Of a stretch of 18,194 bases of DNA, positions 9,778 through 18,194 are shown piece after piece. Positions within the stretch are counted from its first letter, which is position 1, and every line of letters starts with the position of its first letter. Origin of the DNA: Octopus sinensis (taxonomy: Eukaryota); NCBI RefSeq assembly GCF_006345805.1, contig NW_021824567.1, positions 1 through 18,194 on the forward strand, written 5' to 3'. The notes under the pieces are model-generated. The model was given only the letters and a program-made list of their open reading frames with translations, was not told the DNA's origin and did no database searches. Made by a program: the position numbers and the translations under genes.

Positions 9778-9887
9778 GAGAATACAAATAACCACTGCAG
9801 AGAATACAAATGGCCGCTGCAGAGAATATAAACAGTCATTGCAGAGAATACAGATAACCACCGCAGCGAATACAAATAGCCACAATG
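9778..9887. repeat. 22-bp minisatellite, 5 copies
   Basis: Units start at 9778, 9800, 9822, 9844 and 9866; consensus GAGAATACAAATAACCACTGCA. Confidence 0.92.
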
Positions 9888-10070
9888 GTGAAACGTACGT
9901 GGGGAATAAATTATATAAATGCTTCACATTTGTAGCTACGTCTGCCATGCCTCATTTTACGCTCGTATTGAAAATATGTCATATTAAATACTACCACGAC
10001 CGCTATGCGTGTACGATTTTAGCGGATAGACACCTGGCCAAGAAGGTCTCACCGGTTTCCCGTGTATTAT

Positions 10071-10296
10071 CTCTTCTTTTTAATCTTTTACTTGTTTCAG
10101 TCATTAGACTGCGGCCATGCTGGAGCATTTTAGAACTGAAGAATTTTAGTCGAACGAATCGACCCCAGTACTTATTATTTTTTGTAAAATGTAGTGCTTA
10201 TGTTATCGGTCTCTGTTTTGCCCAACCTCTAAGTTATGGGGACATAAACACACCAAGAACGGTAGTCAAGCGGTGGAGTGGGAACAAATACAAACA

Positions 10297-10350
<54 letters not shown>
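10071..10350 (-). mobile_element. SINE family B, 3' half with its internal (CA)n(TA)n microsatellite
   Basis: Colinear with 12549-12874: tail, atcgaccccagtactt, atcggt.tct.ttttgcc, then the microsatellite. Confidence 0.85.
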
Positions 10351-10354
10351 CGCA

Positions 10355-10507
10355 ACTATAGCCTTGGGCAGACCAAAGCCTTGTAAATGAGCTTGGACTA
10401 GGCTTCCGAAAATAGTAAGTCCTAGGGTTGATTTGTTCTACTTAAACCCTTCAAGGCGGTGCTCCAGCATGGCCATAGTCAAATGACTGAAACAAGTAAA
10501 GAAAAAT
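10355..10507 (+). mobile_element. SINE family B, internally deleted, opposite orientation
   Basis: ctatagccttgggcagaccaaagccttgt is joined to taagtcctagggttgatttgttctact...ggcggtgctccagcatggccatagtcaaatgactgaaacaagtaaa. Confidence 0.85.
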
Positions 10508-10917
10508 TAAGGCTCCTGTCAAGTGAAACAAGGAACCCACAACTATCACTTGAGTGCCTTTAGAGGAGAGAAGTCTGTTGTATTGATCCGAAACAGGTCT
10601 TCGATTTGAGAATAATTCCCTCCGACTGCCTCTCCCTCCCTTTCTCCCATCAGGTTCACAAACCTTGAAAAGGGTCGAGGGCACCACCGTCTCGCTTCTG
10701 ACTAATAAATGAATAAATATATAAAGAAAGAAAGAAGATAAGTGGACATGTAACGGATATCTAGTGAACATGAACTCAAAATATGTACGAAGGATGGCAG
10801 TACAATGTCTTACTCACGCGTTCATATCTCTTCTCAACGAAAAATACTGTACAAGACATTCCTGACTACTCATATCTGCATAGATTCATTCAAGCGTTTT
10901 ATCTATCTATTTACACA

Positions 10918-10920
10918 TTG

Positions 10921-10954
<34 letters not shown>

Positions 10955-10956
10955 TA

Positions 10957-11014
<58 letters not shown>

Positions 11015-11267
11015 CATATCTATATATTTACACACACACACAACATACACACACACACACACACACCACACACACACATACACACACACACACACACACT
11101 CACACACACATACACACACATATGTATGTGTGTATATACATACAATCGGATGTTAATATACTGCTTATAAATTGATATATCTACATGTTTATGTACGATT
11201 ATATATAAGAATGATATAAATATATACCAACACACACATATATATATATTATTTCTCTATACATATT

Positions 11268-11302
<35 letters not shown>
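10918..11302. repeat. (TA)n/(CA)n compound microsatellite region
   Basis: Seen directly. Confidence 0.92.
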
Positions 11303-11304
<2 letters not shown>

Positions 11305-11409
11305 TCTTAGTTTCCAGGAATGAGTGGAATTCAGCTATAAAAATTGCTACTGTTTTGGTTAATCTTGTTTGTGTGTGTGTGGAAGTGACTATCTACATAC
11401 ATCGACACC

Positions 11410-11750
11410 CCGACACTTACACATACACATGCACACACACACATACACACACACACTCACACATAGGCACTTTTTCAATGACAATGAATGAGCGTATGTG
11501 TGTGTGAGAGAGAGAGACAGAGAGAGACAGAGAGAGAGAGAAAATGGGAGAGAAACTATAGTTAAGCAAAGTAGTGAGGATTCATCAAGTGGAACATAAA
11601 AACGATTTGGTGAATATATATTATATATATACACACACATACACATGCACATACACTCACACACACATATATATATACACATATGCAAATATATATATAT
11701 ATATATACATTCATTCATGCAAGTATGCATATACACATGCATGCGTATAT
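11410..11750. repeat. (CA)n, (GA)n and (TA)n degenerate microsatellites
   Basis: Seen directly. Confidence 0.85.
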
Positions 11751-12062
11751 AGTTGATAATTGCTTTATTTCGTCAGATGATAGCGGTCTCATAAACGTAC
11801 ATCAATGAATTATAGCGATATACACTTGTTGTATACGTCATGTATGCAACTCTGTAATTATCCATAATTAAACATCCAGGCTCGAAGAAGAACAAAGTGG
11901 CTTCAAACTATTCCAATTACAGGATTTTTATTAGAGAGCCTCCTTCCAAATTTTTGTAAGATGATACCTACGATTTACTAAGTGTTGAGTTTAGGAGCTT
12001 TCCGTTCGCCAAGTGGTTTAATTGGCTGAAAACCTCTACGCTTAGACACTTATAGACGCTTG

Positions 12063-12543
<481 letters not shown>

Positions 12544-12548
12544 TACAT

Positions 12549-12787
12549 CTTTTACTTTTTACATGTTTCAGACATTTTGACTGTGACCATTCTAGGGTAC
12601 CGCCTTGAAGGGTTCTAGTCGAAGAAATCCACGCCAGGAGGTATTTTTTCCAAGCCTTGTACTTCTTATATCGGTTTCTTTTGCCGAACCACTAAGGTAC
12701 GGGACGTAAATATACTAACACAGTCACAAAGGCACACATACACCCACACACAGATATGTATAGATATGTACAGGCATATATAGTATG

Positions 12788-12875
<88 letters not shown>

Positions 12876-13015
12876 GACAGGTTTCTTTCAGTTTCCATCT
12901 ACCAAATCCACTCACAAGGCTTTGGTCGGCTCAACCCTAGATGACACGCTGTGGGACTGAACTCGGAGCCGTGTGGTTGAGAAGCAAAGTCCTTACCACA
13001 CAGCAACGCCTGCGC
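12549..13015 (-). mobile_element. SINE family B, full length: tRNA-like head, CORE-like segment (partly deleted), internal (TA)n, 3' half
   Basis: Head at 13015-12950, middle at 12875-12930, TA run at 12787-12874, and 3' half with tail at 12549-12720. All parts match the separate fragments elsewhere in the window. Confidence 0.88.
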
Positions 13016-13415
13016 ATATATATACACACACATATACATACATACATACACACACATATTAGGTAGTCGCTGGTTATGGCCAATTAGAAGGTAAATATTG
13101 GTCTCACGTTTTTTATTGCCCTTAGCAATATAGGCGACGCATGAGACCTGTTGGTTGGAAGCATACACTTTTACAGGCATACATACATACATAACATGTA
13201 TTCTTACGGAGCAGAACGGCGTCCAAATGGACCACAACGGCGTCCATGTTATGAATGAACAGATTCGTTATTGTTCGGATTCTCGCCGTTCTGTGTGCAC
13301 CTTATGAATTATCGATTTTGCACACATCAAATAGGTCGCATCAGTAAATAATTTGTTTACTGATTTCCAAACAAAAGTCTGTACTCATGTTAGATTCATC
13401 GGTTTTGTGAGTTAA

Positions 13416-13645
13416 GGTGTGAGCTGGCAGAATCGTTAGCACGTCGGGCGAAATGCTCATCAGTATTTCATCTGTCGCTACGTTCTGAGTTCAAATTCCG
13501 CCGAGGTCGACTTTGCCTTTCATCCTTTCGGGGTCGATTAAATAAGTACCAGTTATGCACTGGGGTCGATATGATCGACTTAATCCGTTTGTCCGTCCTT
13601 GTTTGTCCTCTCTTTGTTTAGCCCCTTGTGAGTAGTAAAGAAATA
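13416..13645 (+). mobile_element. SINE family A monomer (tail A) with 15-bp TSD
   Basis: Full head, body and tail ending aagaaata. Flanked by GGTT(T/C)TGTGAGTTAA at 13401-13415 and 13646-13660 (14/15 identical). Confidence 0.93.
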
Positions 13646-13650
13646 GGTTC

Positions 13651-13721
13651 TGTGAGTTAACTTTGGCTGAGGATACACGCAATAAGGTCGAAACACCGCC
13701 GTGTCTCAAAGTTACCTTACA
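13651..13721 (+). ncRNA. Type I hammerhead-ribozyme-like motif (stem II degenerate)
   Basis: CUGAGGA at 13667-13673, GAAA at 13690-13693, stem III CAC/GUG with a CGCC loop, and a GUC cleavage triplet ending at 13705. Stem I pairs 13651-13666 with 13706-13721 (15 of 16 positions, including 2 G-U). Stem II keeps only 2 Watson-Crick pairs and has U-C in place of the usual G10.1-C11.1. Confidence 0.65.
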
Positions 13722-14024
13722 CCTATGAATCACGTGAGTTATGAACTCACATCAGCGAAAGGGAACAAATGTTCTCCGATGATGGAAAACAACACTGATC
13801 AGATATTTTCGTTCGAATCTGCCAAAACGTTTTGAGAATTAATAGATTTCTTTATTATTTGAATTCTAGCTATTTTGCATGCACCTTGTGAATTATTGTC
13901 CATGTTTTACGATTGACTCATAATAAGTGCTAGCTACCAATGGTCAATTTACCCAATTATCTTCGGGGAAGGTGTGAAAACGTTACCATAAAATAACACC
14001 GCCAACACCATCCTAAACTCTTAC

Positions 14025-14130
14025 AGTGCATTCATCCTTGTTACTGACCCTTCAAACTGCGCCATGTTATGCCAAAGAGTTCGGGCATTAACCGAAATTA
14101 TGCGCAGCTGTCCACTTGACAACTGAAGTT
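14025..14130 (-). CDS. Candidate internal exon (106 nt): ELQLSSGQLRIISVNARTLWHNMAQFEGSVTRMNA
   Basis: The minus strand has a long pyrimidine-rich tract, TACTCAC and CCGCAG| as acceptor, and |GTAAGA as donor. Exactly one frame is open. RIISVNARTL resembles the first motif of EEP/APE-type domains, so a LINE ORF2 relic is an alternative. Confidence 0.35.
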
Positions 14131-14576
14131 CTGCGGTGAGTAATGAAGTGCAGGGCGGGGGAGGTGAGTAGGAGGTAGGGAAGAAGAAAAAGAAGAAGAA
14201 GAGTATCTGTGGTTCAATGATGATGATGATGATGATGATGATATCGACGACGTCAATGATGACAATGATGATGACGATATACCGCATATCTGAGGAGTTC
14301 TACTTAAACATGTAATGCAAAAGTGTTATACGAACAATAATTAATTAATTGAAATAAGCATGTTGAAATAATTATGATTGTTCTCAAATTCCTACACACC
14401 CAAACAACAGCAACATCAACAATAACTTGAACAATGCATTGAGTGTCTTAAAACAAACTTATACGCAAAGGCGGTTTATTACAAAGTGAGTCCATACGTG
14501 TGAAAAAGACAACAGTTAATTCACTCTTTAATATAATTGACGTAATGAACATCTAAACGTTCAGTAAGAAAGGATT

Positions 14577-15155
14577 CTTTTCTACTCTAGGCACAAGGCC
14601 CGAAATTTTGGGGGAAGGGACCAGTCGATTCGATCGACCCCCAGTATGCAACTGGTACTTAATTTATCGACCCCGAAAGATGAAAAGCAAAGTCGACCTC
14701 GGCGGAATTTGAACGCAGAACGTAACGGTAGACGAAATACCTATTTCTTTACTACCCACAAGGGGCATAACACAGAGAGGACAAACAAGGACAGACAAAC
14801 GGATTAAGTCGATTATATCGACCCCAGTGCGTAACTGGTACTTATTTAATCGACCCCGAAAGGATGAAAGGTAAAGTCGACCTCGGCGGAATTTGAACGC
14901 AGAACGTAACGGTAGACGAAATACCTATTTCTTTACTACCCACAAAGGGCAAACACATTGAGGACAATCAAAGACAGACAAACGGATTAAGTCGATTATA
15001 TCGATCCCAGTGCGTACCTGGTATTTATTTAATCGACCCCGAAAGGATGAAAGGCAAAGTCGACCTTGGCGGAATTTGAACTCAGAACGTGGCGGTAGAC
15101 GAAATACTGCTAAGCATTTCGCCCGGTGTGCTAACGTTTTTGCCAGCTCGCCGCC
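14577..15155 (-). mobile_element. SINE family A trimer: head + two tail-A units + terminal unit with a different tail
   Basis: Units of about 184 bp with junctions at 14741|14742 and 14925|14926. The whole array is flanked by TTCA(G/A)TAAGAAAG(G/A)ATT at 14560-14576 and 15157-15173 (15/17). Confidence 0.92.
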
Positions 15156-15747
15156 TTTCAATAAGAAAGAATTATGTAGTAAAGGAAAGATAGTATTAAC
15201 TTATATTGTCAAGTCATGAGTGCTATAGGTAACATGGAACCCAGTACAGCCTGTTGCATGGCCAAGTCGTCGGCGACCAAACTAGTGCCTGGTGACGAGG
15301 GTTGCGAGAAATCCAGCAGGACTGAAAACAAGATCTGTCCAAAGAACGGATGAACCTAGTCTAGGTTCATTTACTATCTAGCAATAGCACGTGCACTCTC
15401 AGAAATTTCGGTTGGTGTCTGGTGTGCTGGAAGATCACGGGGAGTGAAGTTCCCCTTAGCTTTTGTCAAAGCATGTCTCCGGAACCCGCTTCAAATCCAG
15501 AATACGTCTGCTCCGATAATCGGCGATGACTTTGTCAGCGAATCCTCTGCAATGGTCGATAATCAATGGCAAGATGAGCTGCTATGGATCACACTATCCC
15601 AAAGTGTACATGCATGTGACCAGGGACCACATGTAAGCTTGTATTCTTACTGAAACTCCGAACATGAACTCTACACCTCAACAGGCTCTAAACCCAGCCG
15701 CTTTCCGCCTCGGCTCTCTGGAATCTTCTTGTACTTCCTAACCACTC

Positions 15748-15748
<1 letters not shown>

Positions 15749-15792
<44 letters not shown>

Positions 15793-15868
15793 ACTCACTC
15801 TTTCCCTCCTTCTCTCTCTCTCTTACCTCTCTCTCCCATCTCTCTTTCATTTTTTTCTCTCTCTCTCC
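15749..15868. repeat. (CT)n microsatellite between a short direct repeat
   Basis: The CT run is seen directly. GGCTCTAAACCCAGCCGCTTTCC occurs at both 15684 and 15909. Confidence 0.9.
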
Positions 15869-16220
15869 CTTTATTGTCAGCTATGTTGTTATATCCAACA
15901 CCCCACCTGGCTCTAAACCCAGCCGCTTTCCACCTCAGAATCTTCTTGTTCATCTATTGCAGGTGTTGACCTGCGACAGGTCGAACCGATACATTAATGG
16001 CGCTAAGCTCACCGCTCCCTTGGGAGGAAGATGCAAAGGTCTCTTCTTCCAGACGCAGCAAGTAGAAGGAAAAGAAAATATTCAGATGCAGCGGTTGTAC
16101 TATCAGGAGTACTTTCAGATACAGTAACAGCAGAACTGCCTTTAGATTCATCGGTCGCAGGAGCAGCATCTCTTTTGAGATGCAGCAGCATTACCCGTAG
16201 TGTAGTATATGGAGGTTCAA

Positions 16221-16628
16221 GGCGGCGAGCTGGCAGAAACGTTAGCACGTCGGGCGAAATGCTTAGCGGTATTTCGTCTGCCGTTACGTTCCGAGTTCCG
16301 CCGAGGTCGACTCTGCCTTTCATCCTTTCGGGGTCGATAAATTAAGTACCAGTTACGCACTGGGGTCGATATAATCGACTTAATCCGTTTGTCTGTCCTT
16401 GTTTGTCCCCTCTGTGTTTAGCTCCTTGTGGGTAGTAAAGAAATAGGTATTTCGTCTGCCGCTACGTTCTGAGTTCAAATTCCGCCGAGGTGTCTTTGCC
16501 TTTCATCCTTTCGGGGTCGATTAAATAAGTACCAGTTACGCACTGGGATCGATGTAATCGACTTAATCCGTTTGTCTGTCCTTGTTTGTCCCCTTTGTGT
16601 AATTTAGCCCCTTGTGGGTAGTAACGAA
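16221..16628 (+). mobile_element. SINE family A dimer: head + two tail-A units
   Basis: Head GGCGGCGAGCTGGCAGAAACG at 16221. The unit restarts at 16446 (aagaaata|ggtatttcgtc) and ends ...gtagtaacgaaat. Confidence 0.92.
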
Positions 16629-16695
16629 ATGGATGATGATGTGGTGAAGCAAATTAAACGGGAAAAGAGCAATGGAGAAAGAATAAGAGAGAGGG

Positions 16696-16696
<1 letters not shown>

Positions 16697-16736
<40 letters not shown>
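16697..16736. repeat. (GA)n microsatellite
   Basis: Seen directly. Confidence 0.95.
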
Positions 16737-16738
<2 letters not shown>

Positions 16739-17235
16739 TGAGTTTGAGAGAAAACTCAGCCCTTAATCGAGGCGCAAAGAAACACCTGCTCCGTAAAGCT
16801 AGTTGTTGTTGTTGTAGTTGTTAGATGTGGGGAGGTGGAGTCGTACATATGCTGATTATTTATCGTAGTAGTGACGGCGGCTGCGACGACAGCGTCGGCG
16901 ATGGTGATACCGGTAGTGGTGATCTTAGCGCAGGTGCCGGTGGTGAGGGAGTTCTTCTTGTTACTGGCGACGGCGGTGTTTTGTTTCTCACGTTAGCCCT
17001 GATTGAGCCAACCTATTATCAATAGCGTCCATCCTAACCGTGACCATCCCATGTTACGTATTTCTGTAAATCAAAATTTATATCGTTGAATGTGTCCTTT
17101 CTTCAAAAATACGACAGAGCAGTGTTTCCCAGCCTAATTTCTCCCAGGCCCCGCTATAACTTTCCAGGAAAAATGAATGCCCCACCGGTGATTGGGAAAA
17201 AAGCAACTTTGTTTCAAACATTATATAATTATATA

Positions 17236-17430
17236 AGGCGACGAGCAGATTCAATTGTTTGCACGTCAGGCAAAATGCTTAGCGATATTTTATCCGCCTT
17301 TACATTCTGCGTTCAAATTCCGCAGAGGTCGACTTTGCCATTCATCCCTTTCGGGGTCGATAAAAAGAGTACCAGTTGAACTTCGTCCCCACCACCCGAA
17401 CTTGCTAGCCTTGTGCCAAAATTTGAAATC
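17236..17430 (+). mobile_element. SINE family A, diverged, tail ...ccttgtgccaaaatttgaaa
   Basis: Degenerate head plus body gttcaaattccgcagaggtcgactttgcc...ggggtcgataaaaagagtaccag, with an internal deletion before the tail. Confidence 0.82.
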
Positions 17431-17450
17431 GATATTTTATAATTATACAA

Positions 17451-17663
17451 GGCAGCGAGCTGGTAGAATCGTTAGCACGCCGGGCGAAATGCTTAGTGGC
17501 ATTTCGTCTGTCTTCATGTTCTGAGTTCAAATTCTGCGGAGGTCTACTTTACTTTTCATACTTTCGGGATCGATAACAAAAAGTGCCAGTTGAGCACTGG
17601 AGTCGACGTAATCCATTTACCCACTTCCCAGAACTTGCCGACCTTGTGCCAAAACTTGAAATC
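17451..17663 (+). mobile_element. SINE family A, diverged, same tail type
   Basis: ggcagcgagctggtagaatcgttagcacgccgggcg...ccttgtgccaaaacttgaaa. Confidence 0.85.
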
Positions 17664-17678
17664 AGTTTTATAATTATA

Positions 17679-18109
17679 GGATCATTTCGGTTTGAACGAC
17701 AGTTTTTTCTAGCGGTGTCATGAAATTGTCACCCATAATTATGAACCTAGAATCGATCTATTGCATTTCAATCTCTTTAAGGGTTAGGGTTAGGGTTAGT
17801 TAGGGTTAGGGGTGAGGGAAGGGTATCTTTTTTTCTTCACAAATGTAAATAAACCCAATCTGTTTCTTAAACGAGGGACATATTCATACGGCACAGAATG
17901 CTTTTTAATTCAATAGACGTCACTGATTGGTTGAAATAGCAGAAATTGAAGAAAAAAAAACAACAAATATCTTACAAACTATAGAATTTTCTCAATAAAG
18001 CCAAGAGAAAAATATGTTTTATAAACACATTCTACCAGTATACGAAGTTTAAAATTTTTTAGTTACCTAGAAATTATGTTAAAAACTGCCGTTCAAAGCG
18101 AAAAGATCC
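17679..18109. mobile_element. 431-bp MITE with 28-bp TIRs, 8-bp TSD and internal TTAGGG repeats
   Basis: TIRs at 17679-17706 and 18082-18109 (25/28 complementary). TAATTATA at 17671-17678 and 18110-18117. No ORF. Confidence 0.88.
17781..17823 (+). repeat. Interstitial telomere-like repeat inside the MITE
   Basis: Exact TTAGGG at 17784, 17790, 17800 and 17806; seven G>=3 tracts in 43 nt. Confidence 0.85.
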
Positions 18110-18194
18110 TAATTATATACTCTCCTTAAAGAAATATCCACACCAGGACATTAGAATATCACTATACTGTAGCAGTCTTCACACAGTAAGCTTA

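Noticed and set aside
9778-9887. CRISPR-like array
   Set aside because: The units are contiguous with no spacers, the context is eukaryotic and there are no cas genes.
9839-10390. 183-aa ORF
   Set aside because: It runs across a minisatellite, a SINE and a microsatellite, with no recognisable domain.
10570-10606. CCGAAACAGGTC, resembling a minimal hammerhead 3' half
   Set aside because: No CUGANGA upstream and no stem I.
16825-17025. Gly/Asp-rich ORF (+) and Ser/Pro-rich frame (-)
   Set aside because: Degenerate triplet low-complexity sequence like the other GGT/ACC tracts; no splice or homology support.
17781-17823. True chromosome end or fusion site
   Set aside because: Only four exact repeats, in one orientation, enclosed by TIRs and a TSD.

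Overview
AT-rich, microsatellite-dense eukaryotic DNA with no complete protein-coding gene. The repeat families look like the tRNA-derived SINEs of octopod cephalopods; this comes from recall, not a database search. Contents: (1) at least four SINE families, including a Meta/Sauria-like family that forms head + headless tandem arrays with one fixed junction at four loci; (2) three non-autonomous DNA transposons: two tiny Tc1/mariner derivatives that still carry transposase C-terminal codons, and one with an 8-bp TSD that carries TTAGGG repeats; (3) many simple repeats and a 22-bp minisatellite; (4) a type I hammerhead-ribozyme-like fold at 13651-13721 with a degenerate stem II, lying directly downstream of a TSD-flanked SINE; (5) a few candidate isolated exons (best: 3514-3705 on +, 14025-14130 on -), none assignable to a known gene. 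Most ORFs in the supplied track are microsatellite or SINE artefacts. All alignments and mismatch counts were done by eye, and family names are tentative.
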